Part shown: piece by piece, positions 1 through 13,872 of the stretch
How the letters are laid out: every line of letters begins with the position of its first letter
How positions within the stretch are numbered: position 1 is the first letter of the stretch
Source of the DNA: Takakia lepidozioides
Taxonomy: Eukaryota > Plantae > Bryophyta
Direction of reading: 5' to 3'
DNA length: 64,000 bases
Assembly: GCA_030704615.1 (NCBI GenBank)
Contig: CM060732.1
Span: forward strand, 35,526,001 to 35,590,000
The notes under the pieces: model-generated
Told to the model about the DNA's origin: nothing
Databases searched by the model: none
Seen by the model: only the letters and a program-made list of their open reading frames with translations
Translations under genes and position numbers: made by a program

Positions 1-473
1 GCTTCGGAATTACCTGCGTGAGGGAAATTTCGCGCGCCGCCCTACCTGTGCGGATGGAAATCCGGCGCCGGATTTCCATCCATCCGCTTCCGAATTACCT
101 GCGTGAGGGAAAATTTCGCGCGCCGCCCTACCGAATTTGCAGCGCCGACTTACCTGGAGGATGGAAATCCGGCGCCGGATTTCCATCCATCCGCGCTCCG
201 AATTATCTGCATGATGGAAATTTTGCGCGCCGATCTACCTGGCGGATGGAAATCCGGCGCCGGATTTCCATCCATCCGCACTCCGAATTACCTGCATGAT
301 GGAAATTTTGCGCGCCGACCTACCTGACGGATGGAAATCCGGCGCCGGATTTCCATCCATCCGCTCTTCAAATTACCTGCATGACTGGAAAAATGGCGCC
401 GAATTTCCGATTTTGGTGCCAGTCGGATCTGGGACTTAGCCGTTTTCGGCCCCGAACAAGAAAAATGGCGCCG

Positions 474-520
<47 letters not shown>

Positions 521-690
521 GCCATTTTTCTAGTTCGGGGCCGAAAACGGCTAAGTCCCAGATCTGACTGGCACCAAAATCGGAAATTCGGCGCCATTTT
601 TCCATTCATGCAGGTAATTCGAAGAGCGGATGGATGGAAATCCGGCGCCGGATTTCCATCCATCCGCGCTCCGAATTACCTGCATGATGG
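1..690. repeat. Palindrome-based tandem array (about 75-bp units, core GGATGGAAATCCGGCGCCGGATTTCCATCC) with an inverted repeat around a poly(A) run; related to the internal arrays of the MULE at 49389-60683
   Basis: Units closely match 55320-55760. Arms at about 329-473 and 520-661 flank 46 A (474-519). The GGGACTTAGCC motif is shared with the MULE subterminal arrays. Confidence 0.85.
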
Positions 691-1863
691 AAATTAACAG
701 TCAAGCGGAAAGATGTACGAAGGCAGAGGCAGAAAATGTTGAGCAAGTGAAACTCATTGTCGATATGAAGAATACAATCTGTCGCAATGAGGATACTTTC
801 AAGCAATATAGGCAGGTTGAAGCTGACCAAGAGAGGCACATCCTGGAGTTACAACAAACGGTCATGGCCAATAGAAATGAAATCTCTGTCGCTAACAAGG
901 CTCGGAAGGAAGCCAATAATCTGCTTGTTGCCTATGCGAATTTGGTTGAACCTCATGCGAAACGCATGGAGGGTTTACAACAGTAGTTGGATATGTACAA
1001 ACTCAGAGAGGAGCAGACTCTCAGAAGTACCACAAGCAACTTGGTGGATAACCACCTTATGCAGGTCTGGTTAGCACAAGGGCCAGTGGAGGGCAAAGCA
1101 CCACGAAAGCTCACCCAAAGCGAGATGAATGAGCTCAGACTGCAAGTGCAGAACATTGCATTTGGTATAGCTGTTGCTTATGTGCTTCGTGCAACTGGTC
1201 TTGCGCGAGGCCTGCCTCAATCAATTGTTCCTTGGCCAATTGCAAAGCCGTTTCTGTACTCTCCAAGTCTTGCTGCATCTTGAGAGTTACCTCTTCATCG
1301 ACCTTGTTTGCACACTCAGTGGCTAGTCGAGCCTCAAACTCCTTCCTGAGTTCTTCTCTCAAAGCTGTCAATTGGATAGTTGGAACATGTGATTTGACAT
1401 AAGTCCCCAACAAATTAAGTGTCCTGCTTATGGAACTCATAAGCATGGCCTGTTGAGGGTCATCATGGTGAGCTTGCTGCTGTTCTCCCTGATCCTCAAT
1501 AGTGTGATGCCTCACGAACCACTCAGGCCATTGTCCCACCAGATTTTCTTCCTGAATCACTTCATCTGTCACCGGTGCTGCAGTGTCTTGACATTCTACC
1601 TGTGGTACCTCCGGCACAGGTGTGTGTATTATATGCACCGCATGGTTTCCCTTGGACAACTGTTGCACCTCTGGAATCACTGTCTCCTTGACCAGACCAG
1701 AATATTCATAGAGAAGGTCCCCCTTCTCAATTTCTGCCACCACCTGTTCTGTAGTGGGAATATCTAACCCTTCTTTCTCCAAATCAATTATTTCTGGTGG
1801 AACTGCATGGACAAGTTTGAGAGGACCATGAAAGGAAGGTGACGATTGGAGGTTGCCTCTCAT
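690..1863. pseudogene. Fragments of an unknown coiled-coil protein on converging strands (about 690-1150 +, 1863-1150 -)
   Basis: E/Q/K/L-rich heptad-like ORFs 630..986, 987..1283 (+) and 1135..1863 (-); no recognisable domain. Confidence 0.35.
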
Positions 1864-2154
1864 TACACATACTTCCTGGTCTCATCCATCCGTACCTACA
1901 TACATCCATCCTAAATCCTAGAAGTAGACCCAATCCATAAAATAATACTAAATTTCAAATTTGAATTTTGAAATTTGAACATGTACAACCTTGTGTATAC
2001 ATGCATATGTGAGGGCTTCATGCCTATGGTCATCATGTTACTTTCGTGACCATCATGTATATGTCATCTGCCATGTATGGATCCATCCCGCGCGATGTTG
2101 GGTTGTGGTGACAGGTGTCATGTGCCACAGAGTTCATGTGGTGTGGTGACGGCT

Positions 2155-2250
2155 GGCGGGCGGGGGGGCGGGGCGGGGAGGGCGGGCGGGCAGGGGGATG
2201 GGGGGCGCGGGAGGGGTGGGGTGGCGCGGGGGCGAGGGGGCGCCGGGGCG
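2155..2250 (+). other. G-rich tract with G-quadruplex potential
   Basis: More than 10 closely spaced runs of 3 or more G. Confidence 0.5.
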
Positions 2251-4499
2251 CAGCGACCGCGAGCCGCGCAGGACCCTGCGAAGGGGGTGCGGCTGGGGTG
2301 CCACGCAGGCAGGACCGAAGGGACTCCCGGGCCTTCTCTAATGTGCGCCATTACGAGGCAAGCACGACAATGCTTGTTGATTTAACGCTTTGGACCACGA
2401 CAACGTCATTGTTAGTAGTATCATGCAACTTGTGGCTATGGTGTGGCAGGTAGACAAACACGGCTTCTAATGCACGCTTCAGGGCTTACCCTGATGCTGG
2501 TGACCGCACTGGCTACTCACTGCTTGTCGCGTGCCAGCTGTAGGGGGCAACGTTTGTTGTTTGTTCATAAGGTCCTTTGCTAATGAAAAAAGTTTTTAGA
2601 TGTAGTCGGAAGAGATGTCAACCATAGTTCAGATTATTATGTTGAAGAGATTCTAGTAGACTCCAGCTTATCCCATTTCTGCAGGTGTTTAGGGAGAGAG
2701 GGGAGTGGTTTTTTGGTATGAAGCTTGTTGAGGTTCGGTTGCTTTTAGGGAATCGGTCATGTTGGGATGAGGATGGTCGTCAGAGGTGGTCAGGCGGCCA
2801 AGTGTCTTCTGCATCATTCATTGTGGCACCTTGTAACATTGATTGAGTTTCTTTGCCTGACTCACAGTAATTGAACAGAGCACCACGGCTGTTTTCATCT
2901 CAGAGTGGTTTGAAGAAGGATGATCGGCATACGTTTTGGGAGTATCTAATACTGTACTGCAGGGATGGTCAGGGTGGTTGCAGCTTGAAAACAATCTAGA
3001 TGTACTGAAAGCTATGTGTTTCTCCTCCTGATTGTTTGAATGCTGTTATGGAAGGGTTCTTTTGGTTCTTCACATTTTGTCAGCTGATGAGACGTCAAAA
3101 CCATTGTGACTGTTTTAAGTAAGGGGGAGGGGGGAACCAGACACTTGGGGAACTGTTGTGGCTCTTGTCTGCAACAGCTGATGATGACAGAGGTAGTGTG
3201 CTGCTTATGTAAGCCAATGCTGTCATCCAAGATGGAAAGGGTTGGTGAACAGATGTTCAGCTTGCAAGATTGGAGTTGGGAGTTCCGACATCTGTGAGTC
3301 AGTGAAAACTAGTAACTTTAGTTGTTTGTTGAGAGATTATGGAGAGTTGGCCAGGAATATTGATGTGCGCATGCTTTTTGTGTCCTCCTGAATACAGGGG
3401 TTGCTCCCTAGTCTGAATACGGAGACGCAGTCTCGTCTCTATAGCCATGGTCTGAAGTCTGAATTTCACATTACCGAGGTTGTGAACCAGGGGGTTGCTT
3501 GGGGTTGGTTGGGAGTAGCGGAGGGAGAGAGATCATCTGGTTGTGGTGGCAAGATTTGGTTTTCTAGTCTAATTGGACACCAATTTCTTATCACGGTTTT
3601 AATTTTCACATTTTGTTAGATCTCAGAGAGAATCTTATGGCCTTTGTAGCATGGTGTGCTTATATGTTGGTAGGTCTTACTTTATCTAGTCGACTTCAAT
3701 CTGTGGATCACCTTTGTGTTTCTAAGGTAGCAGCTGTATCCTGCAGTCAGTAATCGTCTCTCGGCTTTGATTACTGACTGTTTGAGAATTTCTTCTAAGT
3801 TTTGTTAGTGCTTGCCATAGAATCTCTGCCAGGGGTATTGTTTCGGGCAGAGTGCAGCTATGTAGGTAACCCTGGCAAGATTAGACTATCCTCTTGAAAG
3901 ACCTATGGTGCATCATGTGTTGGTGCAATGCACATGTTTATTGAGAAAGGGAAAAACATATTCATGTTGGCCTCCAGCATTACCATTAGGGATGGAATTG
4001 TAATCATCTTGGTCGAATCAAGCTTGTGGGGGCTTTTTCTTTCAACTTTTTGTTGCTGGCTCCCATCTAGTGGTCTTTCCTGTTTGTTGGGGCATGTGGA
4101 GATAAAATGTGGAAGATGTGTATTGAAATAGTTTGATGTCAGTATGTGCGTACGGTTTTATTTGTACCTTGTCTATGTACATTGCGGGATACTTTCTGTG
4201 GCTGATTGCCACCTATGAATCTTCTTGATTTTTTCATAGGCCCTTGAATCACTACTCCATTAGTTCCGAGAGATACAACAAAAATACCAGCAGAGTTTGA
4301 AAGACAGTTTAAATGTGCTCAGGTAATAGGGCATCTGAGAAGAACTGTGTTTTGGTCCATCCAACTCTCTCCAACACTCAATGAGAGCGCCTTCGGATTT
4401 GACTTCTCATTTGTGTCTTCATCAGCTACACCGCGAGGATGTCGGTAAGTAGTATGAAGTTACTGTAGTTCTGTATTGAGTTGTGATTGAGATCGCAAT

Positions 4500-4990
4500 C
4501 TCTCTTGAAGATCAAGCTGATAAGACCCTCCAACATTTGAGAAGGCATAATTCCTTTCCTAATAATATCCTTAGCCATATTTAGGAGATCCTCCCCAAGA
4601 GAGCCAAAGTACTGGGGTCTTGGCCAAAAATGTTATGATATTTTGTCATTCCAGTGATGAAGCACATTGCAACTGCAGCTGCGACCTTCACTCATCAGGG
4701 AGGCTAGGTCAAATTGGCTGGGCTCAGAGCCATTCTCACTAATGGAGGAGCTGCAGAATCCCTGTATCCAGATTGTCAAGCTGCTCAAGTGGTCATTCTC
4801 TCTTTAGACATACAGTTGATAGGCCCTGACACCAGCTCTTGGAAAGCGGTGGCAGCAAATAGTTAATGCGTCAAGGAAGTCTGCAATACATGCCTTAAGA
4901 CCTCATTGCAACTATACTCAGGTCGGCTTGGAAATCGAGGCAACAGCTTTTATTGGTCATCAGATTAGAACACCAACCCCCTACCAACTA
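4500..4990 (+). mobile_element. Degenerate L1-type LINE 3' remnant (zf-RVT-like region)
   Basis: Broken frames give KYWGLGQKC..FCHSSDE and ILRSAWKSR, resembling L1 ORF2 C-termini. Confidence 0.35.
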
Positions 4991-5599
4991 ACAGGTAACA
5001 CATTCCACATTCCCTACCCCACATATGCTGAGGACTAAGGTGAGAAAAGGTGCTGTCAATGAGAACTGACTTTCCAGATGTTTGATTATCTGATGGACGG
5101 TCCCAGCATTCAAATTCCCAAAATATCTAACTACATTCTACCTCTGCTTTAGCTATGGTTCACAAGATGGTAGCATATTCATCAATTAAAGAAAAAGTGG
5201 GTATGATGTGAAGAAAATTAGGAATGTCTACTAAAGTGAAAAAGCCCATACAATTTTGATTAGGAAAAATCAACAACGTCAAAAAGAATTCGATTGGCAT
5301 TTAAGGAGCTTCCTCAGACGCTTTTTAAAATGCATTAATACTACCACAAAGAATCGGGACTGGCATGAAATATATGCTCCCGCATAATATCAATGTTGCC
5401 AAGTTTCTGGCAAATAAATCTCAAAGCTCTGGTGTTATTGGAGAATTGTACTCCATACTCGGTACAGTAAGGCAAAGAAAAACCCTTAACAGGCCATAAG
5501 CAGTTTAAATCACCAGATTTCTTATGCTTTCACCCTATGTGAATGACTATTTCAGTGTAAAGGTGTACCAGCCAGATGAGGAAATGGGGGACCTCTTTT

Positions 5600-8453
5600 C
5601 TATGGTTTTACAAACCTCCAGACCGTGCGCCCCTTGCTGATTTCATTTCCTTCCTGATTCCTGATTAGATGTATAAATTGCTCCTGTGGTGAATCTGCAG
5701 ATGACCCAGATGCAGATGGAGAAATATCAGTCGATTCATTACATGCCTCAGAACTGGCTAACGAGTCCACAATATCTCCCTTGCCAACTTCTCGGCGGTA
5801 TTCAAGAGTTATCTTACTGATCTCATGAGTCTCCTTCAACTGATCAGGTATACTCTGCAAGTAATTCCCCCACCCAACCACAGTAAATAGACGCCATAAT
5901 TTCCATAAATTATCAGCAAACAAAAAAGCAATGGCATGATGCTGTTGCGTGAATATAAAACTAGTCATGTCTCACCTGGAAAACGCTACAATTTGAGACA
6001 TGCTACTGATTTGAAAGTGGATGAAAGCAAAAGTACAGTTTAGAAGGGGTGCACATCGTTATGCATAAGGTCATGAAAAAATATTAGTAGCTATCTGGCA
6101 AGAAACGTCATAAGATACAACAAGAGCCAAAGCAGTTAAGCAGGAAGTACTTCACTTAGCAGGTGCTTTTAAGTGGCTATCTTACCATTGTCTAATATAG
6201 CTTTAGCCACAACACCAAAGGACAAGTGAGGATTAGCTACGCAAACAGAATGCCACAACAACGGGTAATCAATCAAAGCTCAAAATTGACCAGCTTGCAC
6301 AAGTTTTTAATGAGGGTCATGACGAATGAGAAGTACCTCAAGAGTCCAGCTAATATACCGGACGTTATTGACATGCTGGTTCATGTCTAAGTCTCTGTCA
6401 GATGACTGCACATACAGTTCAGAAACCACAGCTCAATGCCCTAAAAGAACACTACATTGTCAATTACACGAACAGGCTGCATCAAGTTAGTACAGGACAT
6501 CAAGAAACACCATTATGGATGCCGACAAAAAGTACACTTTTTTTCAGGCCATGGCGGGGCACAACACAATGAAAACCTGGAAAGGTGTGGTTACAAATCT
6601 CACCTGAAGTCCTGACTTGTGAAACTCTGCACTACCGTTAAGCTTTGCAATTCGTCCAGAGCTTACTTTTCTTCTTTCTTCTGACAGAGCCCACCTGTCA
6701 AAAACAACATCAACATATCTTAGCTTCCTGAAATCAGCTAAGCCTGCCATACTACGATTGCCAAATCATGAAGTTCACTGCTGAAGGATGGGCTTTACTC
6801 GCTGGTTCAGGCTCATGTAGAAGCTTTTTGAATTGGGTCAAGCAGATAAGCATTCTATCCAATCCCTGAGAGACGTCAACCAAACACAGGCGAAGACAAC
6901 ACCAACATAAGCTTTCAGAGACCAGATCATCAAACACACCTTGGAGGATCTCTGACCCAAGGGGAGAATTCCATCCGAATTTTGTCAGTTATTCGTTCCA
7001 TTGATTTGGTGTCCATGTTCATGAGTACCCAAGTGCTGGCAGCAGACCAATTTTGCATCATATCAGAATGGGAGAAGGAGAATGCAACAGATTACACCAA
7101 CTACAACATGACTCTGCCAACCAGACAACAGAGCCGACCTACCAAAGTATGAGAAAGAATACAAGCATGGCTGAGAATCTTACTACATGATGAAGGGGAA
7201 CATATTGTAACATCTCATCATTTCCAGTCTCTCATAGACAGTTACAGGAGCCACTTTCCAAAAACTACTATAGAGAAGGGAAACTGCTGCCAATGTCTAA
7301 CAAGGACAAAGGTCACTTTTCAGTCTGATATAACTAAGACTTGCTCCTAATAAGGAAAAAGAGCATCTCTGGCTCTGTCAGCGAGAGGGACCAAGTAGAG
7401 TAGCTAAGATTACTATGTGTCATCCATGATGGTTTTGGAAGATAGAAGCATATAACGAATGTACCTCGTTGCAACTGCAATGACTTCACCAGTTTTCACA
7501 TCCTTCATGGTCCAGTCCCTGCGAACCGCATTTCTCCCTTCCGTGCAAAACCAAGTGTCTATTTCCAGCAAATCCCGCCTGCAGACAATGCACATTGTCG
7601 CAATCAAATGCTCCCTTTTTTTCAGCATGATCCGGTGGTCAGTAAACCAACCTCAAAAACATGCCGTTAGCTAGAAATTCTGACCAGATAAACCCAGAGG
7701 ACACTGTGATTGCAAACTCACCAGACAGGATATCGATCAACTTCAATGTGCATCCGCGTTGTCACAGTTATAATCCGCTTCTCATTCATACCAGGGAACG
7801 CTCCAAAGTTAATCAATAAAACATGATTGCATGCAGCCTCCTGCAAGGAGTCCAATCACTTGTTATGCCCATGAAGCATACTGCTTCATTCAGAAAGACA
7901 GAACTTCACATTAGCTACGCTAGTCAGACGGGAAACCACGCCTCTCGAGAAATCTGGTGAATTGAGAATGTGACACAAGTAGTACATCATCATCAAATGA
8001 GAGTCTGCGCCTTTTCAAGTGTAAACCACAAGGGTGTTTCTTTCGTCTGTACAACACCTGCAGTAAAGATGAAAGCATCTCCAAAGAGGCAGTTCCTCGA
8101 GCTCCAACCTCAGAGAAGCGCACTACAAAGCGCTCCCTGTAGAAAGAACCGTTCTCTTGCAGCATACCAAAGCCAATGTAGTCATTAGACTGACTTCCAG
8201 CCACATCAGGAGAAGCTGACAAAGTGGATGCACCATTCTGGCCAATCGCGCTGTGCACAACCTGGATCTCCTCCCTCTGTGCTCGCCACACTGGCCTGGG
8301 TCCGCGAGCAGCCAGGTTGCACTTGCCGCTGCATTCACGCAACCCTAGCTTTACCTGTCCTCTCACAATACCCGCCCTCTCATACCCTGCTGTTCCCACT
8401 GCACAATCGCCATGCCAAAAGCATTGCTGAATGGGCGCACTTCCTGCAGCCAT
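5600..8453 (-). CDS. Plastid acyl-ACP thioesterase (FatA/FatB family), 7 exons: 8453-8058, 7840-7722, 7578-7465, 7035-6940, 6694-6604, 6405-6337, 5854-5600
   Basis: Motifs YRERFVVRFSEVG, LLQ|EAACNH, TRMHIEVDRYPVW, VRRDW, DLDMNQHVNNVRYISW, TLEYRRE and GRTVW. All introns are GT-AG with consistent phase. N-terminus resembles a transit peptide. Confidence 0.93.
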
Positions 8454-9609
8454 CCCTTTCCAATCAACCTTCGACCACGCCTCCAACACCCCACGAGCTT
8501 GAATCGAATCCTGGCGAGAAAAAAACAACCTTTGATCACACCTCCAACCCACAAACTTGAACGAATCCTGGCGGGAAGAAGACAACCTTGGATCCACCTC
8601 CAACCACCCAGCTTAAACGGGGAAAAAGACAATGCTGCACTTCCTTCCTTCACCTGTCCGCTTCTACGTCCTGTGTCTCATGTGCGTGGGGTCCACGACG
8701 AGGTCAGCAGTCAACACTCTCTCTTCCTACACTGTAAACCCACAACACTCTGCCAAGCACCCACACCTCCGCAGCTCCTCTGCACTTCCTTCTCCCAAAC
8801 AAAGCGCCATGTTTTCTTCTGCCATCCATTTTGGTGGTGGGACACTTTGGCTTGCACTGTGCAACCCTCCCCTCCCCAATCTCTTCCCCAAATTTCATAT
8901 TCTCATTCAAACCCTAATACGTTAACCACTACCAGACAGGTTTACTGTGGGCCCAGTTCTTCCTATGGTTGAGTGGGACTTAACCCAGATTAGGCTTGTT
9001 ATGCTGGATGCATTAGCATTCATGTAAGTAGGCTAGTGGTGATGGTTGGACCACTTCATGGTTTATTTATTTTTTTCCAGATCATGGTTTCAATTGCACA
9101 TGATGTGGAGTTGGAGGAGGCATAATCCCTAATTTTCTAACACCTACTATGAATGAGAGAGTGGGAGTAAATAAGAGCCTCTTCCACTTGTGTGTAGTGT
9201 GTAGTCCCTCCCCCTCCTTTCAAAGGGGGGGTCTATGAACTAGGTAGAGCCCGGCGGGGCGGTGCTACTGGGGGTATCCTGTTCCTACCTGCGCTCCGAG
9301 ATCCACATGGTCAAGGGAGGTAGGAATAGGATATGCCCAGTAGCTAAGCGACATGCGGGGCAGCTACAGGACGTAACGAACGCAGGCCCCACTCGAGCCG
9401 TCCCCTACTTTGTAAAATCAGGTAGGTACCTTGCTTTTTTCAGGTAAGGTAGCTGCGAAATCTTTGAATGCAAGAGAAATCAAGAAAGTGCTTTCTGTAG
9501 GTTGCAAAGCGCTTCACAAATGGCCGGTAGCCGGCTCACCTCTCCACCAATGCCAGATCGCTACGTAGGCGAGAGTTGGGCCCGTGCGCTACGTATAACT
9601 ATATATATA

Positions 9610-10600
9610 TACTAGTGTGGCCTGGTGGCATGCCGTTGAGCACATATTGTTTATATTCCAGTCATTTCTCGTGATAAAAAAAACTTTAAATTCAATATCT
9701 CCTGCAACGTAGGCCCATATATTATGAAACCGCCTTGATGCATTCATACTCATCGCGGCTTTTCAGCGGTATTAAGACCTCGGGCAGAGGCCTTGCGGTT
9801 TTAGAGATATCAGAGATCTCAACGACAAAACGAAACTAAACTAAACTAAACTAACTAACTTGCGTAATATATAGACTAGTGCAAAGTGGCTCTTAGTTAC
9901 GCCGGCCTGGGTCAGAGTCTTCTCTCTATACACTAGTGTGGTATGTGGCGTTGAGCACATATAGTACCGTCGTTGTATTAGATATACATATTCACATTTA
10001 TGATCATGTATACCAAAAGACAAATGAAGGGCCAATATTTCAGGAAAAAACCAATGTTGGGCGGTCATTTGATTTTTTTCATAACCGACGGTTCCAGTTG
10101 CTTCAAATTTTAGAAAACTATTAACCTGCGGTTGCGGTTGTCAAATTTTTTATTGCTAGATATAACGTGCTGGTTACGGTTACTTGCAAAAACCTCAAAT
10201 AACCGACGGTTTTCATCAAATAACTGCGGGTGGGTGGTTCTTTAAGAGGTTTTTTGCTCAGTTATTTGAATGCGTGACCTCCGCCGGTTCCTAACTGGAC
10301 CAGTTACTTCATTTTTTCACCTCCGCCGGTCATATATACATATACCCGGATAGGTAACCGCCGGGTCTTAGAGAGAAATTCAAATAACCGCCCAATACTG
10401 GAAAAAACCCAATTTGCTAGTTTTTGTGAATTTTCAGTGACAGAAAATACTTGATATTGATCTCCCACATCGCAAATCCAAAAATTATGAAACCATCTCA
10501 ATTTGAGGGCTTTCCAGTGGTATGAAGACCCTTGGCGGAGGCCTTGCGGTTTAGGAAATCTCAATCACAAAACAAAACAAACTAACTAACTAACTACCTA
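9610..10600 (-). repeat. Cluster of non-autonomous dispersed repeats with Helitron-like CTAG ends and (AACT)n microsatellite; related segment at about 12820-13020
   Basis: ACTAGTGTGG...GTTGAGCACATAT at 9611 and 9932; a shared ~110-bp block at about 9694, 10455 and 12900. Confidence 0.4.
10052..10400. mobile_element. hAT-type MITE (349 bp)
   Basis: TIRs CAATGTTGGGCGG...CCGCCCAATACTG; perfect 8-bp TSD GAAAAAAC at 10044-10051 and 10401-10408. Confidence 0.85.
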
Positions 10601-11520
10601 CTGGTCACCTTTCCTTGCTTAGTCATCAACTTCCCCATCAATCCTCTTATGCTTTTTAGGATTCATGTGATTGATCTTATTACATGTGCCTCGGATCCTT
10701 TTCCCCCTATTGTTGGTGTTCAGGATTGGTGTTCAAAGTCCTCTCTGATCGGGTTTGACAATTCCCCTTTGTCTAACCTAACCTTTAGTTTGACCCTGGT
10801 GAATGGGGCTGGATCTCTAGGAAGTCTTCATGTTCTCTTCCAAGCTGGCCTACTCTCTTTTTTGTCTTTCCATACCTTGTTTTCACAAATGGAACATGAA
10901 GTGGGGCCCTCACATTCAGCTTCCATCTGATTGGACTCCGGAATGGAGAGATGTTTGGCTTAAATCTTGCCCTACAAAGCTCTCATCCTTTCTCTGGAGG
11001 TTCACTCACAGGATCCTCCCTTTCGGCTCTATCATATCAGACCCACTCGTACCTTGCAGGCTTTGCTCTTTTGGTTACATTGAAACTATGGAACATTGTC
11101 TCTTTCACTGTGATCTTGCCTCGTTCATCTGGTCTAAAGTCAGGGCGTTCTACGCTCCCTGGCGGTCTCTGGCACATTTGGAAAGTAAGATGTGCTTCTT
11201 GGTTCGAGGGTAAATTCCCTTGCTTTAAATCTTCGTGAAAACATCATAACGTGTACCACTGACATTCCTGAAAATGACTAAATTTTGACTGCTGGCACAT
11301 TACACCGCGGTGCATGGAAATGACATGTTGCGATGAAAACGTGATAATATTGACGGATGATGTGGGCACCTCGACCCCATCCATCAGATGTTCGTATACC
11401 CTCTTGTACACTTCCAATTTTGAGCTTATGATACTAACTCGACTTCCATTTGCCACCATTTGATTTCCCCTCGTCGCATCCAGGGCGGGTTTGGTGTGTT
11501 TAATGCCTACTTCAGTGCTG
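10600..11520 (+). mobile_element. L1 LINE 3' fragment (zf-RVT domain)
   Basis: WLKSCPTKLSSFLWRFTHRILP...CRLC...ETMEHCLFHC..ASFIW. Confidence 0.8.
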
Positions 11521-13324
11521 CAGATGCTTGTATATATTTTTTGAAATTATTTATATTTTTAATTTTAGAACAATTTATAATGAATGATATTTGTTTGTAA
11601 GAACTCCTTGTGGCCTCAAATTCAAAATTGGAGGACCTTGTAGCCATTTCAAGGACATGGCCTTCTCCCTTTTCAGCAGCTAAACATTTTTGGTAAAAGA
11701 ACTATGTTTAAATTTTGAGGTTTAGTAGTACCAAAGTTTGGTGCCCCTAAATCATGCATACCGCATAGTAGAAAATTCATATGAGAGTGGGTTTTTTTGG
11801 TTTTGCAGGTCTACTGTCATTTTGCATTCTTCCATAGCTTACATAAATATCTGAAACCCCGATAGGACCTTCACATGTTATGGTGTGAAAATTGACTCCT
11901 AAAGGACTACAACACTTTGGGATATTTGAACCTTGTACTATTCAAGACTCCATAATGACCCCTTAAACTTGTCAAATCACAAAAACTTATATATGGGCAT
12001 AACAAGATTTTCAAGGGCTTTCCAATGATATAATGTATATGTGGTTTCATGCTAAACTCGATATCCTAAATTTGGATCGATTGCGCCATATGTGTTGGAA
12101 AACGGAATGTGACATCCTTTTTGGGTCCTATTAGTGTGCTTTGACTAGGTTACAAATTATTCTTAGATTTATGGATTGAATATATGAAAGCTTTGGGAGA
12201 TTGTTCTATCAGCTATTTGTAGATGTTCTCAGGAAAAGCGCCTCCAACTTCTTGGTCACTTCAACTTTATTTAAGGCTAGAGGGACATCATCTGCTCCAG
12301 ACAGGATGATCGTTGCACCTTCAGTCATGTTGTCCCGATTTTTGGTGGCCCTGCTAGCCCCTGACCATCTCATATGGATCAAGAAGATGACATCAAGTAG
12401 AAGCACAAGAAGAATCGAAATTCCAAGATCAAGACTCACCTTAATTTTCGAACTCATTTGTAGTTCTCATTTGGCTTCTCCCTCTGTTCTTTCATTTCTC
12501 TCTCTTCTTTTTTTAGTTGCGTTGCTAGTTAGCTCCTCAGCTCTATGATGCATAGAATGAACTACCCTTGTGGCGTTGTTTTTTTTAATGTCCCTAGGTC
12601 TCTTTTGTGCTAGGTTCTTTGCAGGATGAGCCCTATCAGCGTACCTTGGCGTTCTTATCTGCCTCTCAGTGTAGTGGTCACAAGGAAGTTTCCCTCGATT
12701 GTTGCGCCTCATGGCCCCGGCGAGGTTATTTTTTTCTCGTTCCTCTTACTAATATGAGTTACAGGGCCTCCGTCCCATTTATTTTTATTTTAAAAAAAAC
12801 TATTTTGCTTAATATATTGACTAGTATGGCCTGTTGACCATATATTCAAGGTCTTTTGCTATTATTCATGAATTTTCACTAACATAAAATACTTGGAACT
12901 CAATATCTCCCATATTGTAGGTCCAAAAATTATGAAACCGTCTCAATGCACCCCTACTCATCAAGGCATTTCCAGCAGTATCAAGAACCCTGGCGAACGC
13001 CTTGCAATTTGGAATAACTCTACGTACATACACTATATCATATATGATGCCAAATGAAGCTATCGTAAATAAGAACCTCTTTCCCATGCGGGTACTGCCC
13101 CTTTTCAGGGGTGGGCTCTATCATAACCGGGACAATCACATCGTGGCTAGCGGGGGTTGGTATCCTGTGAGCACAATGTGAGCATGCTCACGTAAGCAGT
13201 CATGGGAGTTCTATGTTTTTAACCTCGGTCATTGGAGTTATATGTTTTCAAAACGGAGCGTCAATTCAGCGAGGCAAAACCTTCACTAGTGTAGCTAGAA
13301 ACCCTAAACCTATAGCGGCGGCGG

Positions 13325-13512
13325 TGAATTTCGCATTGAGAAATAATATGTGCTATGGGCACAAACTGAATTTTGCAATGAGAAATGATAGTTTAGGTGA
13401 ATTTCGCATTCAAAAATGATATGTGCTGTGGGCACAAACTGAATTTCACATTGAGAAATAATATGTGATATGGGCACAAACCTAAGCAGCGGTGGGTTTC
13501 ACATTGAGAAAA
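13325..13512. repeat. Short tandem repeat, about 42-bp unit (TGAATTTCGCATTGAGAAATAATATGTGCTATGGGCACAAAC)
   Basis: About 3 full and 2 partial copies visible. Confidence 0.7.
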
Positions 13513-13701
13513 AACCATGCCTATAGGGTAACATGTTCATCAAGTATAGGGGCTACTTGTTTTCTATGTGTTAATTTCTCATAATTGTTAGTTTGGCCAA
13601 TTTTATTTTGACAAAAATTCGAGGAATATGCCCTTGTGCCCACGTGCTACCCAACCTCCATGGCTAGCTCGCCACTTCAATCTTGTCTTTGTTGACATAA
13701 G

Positions 13702-13872
13702 ACAACCAACATGTAGCCCAGTGGTAATGGGTACATACCCCGTTGGATGTGGTCGTGGGTTCAAACCATGGTCTGGTGTGTCATGAAGGTGTCCACCTTT
13801 CAGCTGGAAGGCGTAGCCCTTGTGGTGAAGAGACACCATAATTTACGCTCCTTTTGTCTCTCTATATATATA
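13702..13872 (+). mobile_element. tRNA-derived SINE
   Basis: A-box TAGCCCAGTGG (13714), B-box GGTTCAAACC (13758), (TA)n tail, 10-bp TSD TTGACATAAG at 13692 and 13873. Confidence 0.75.

Noticed and set aside
18-663. Many ORFs with MEIRRRISI / WKFGAEF / poly-F peptides (also 20361-21096, 49596-50235, 54080-55465, 57445-58106)
   Set aside because: Translations of tandem palindromic repeats and a poly(A) run; open in several frames on both strands
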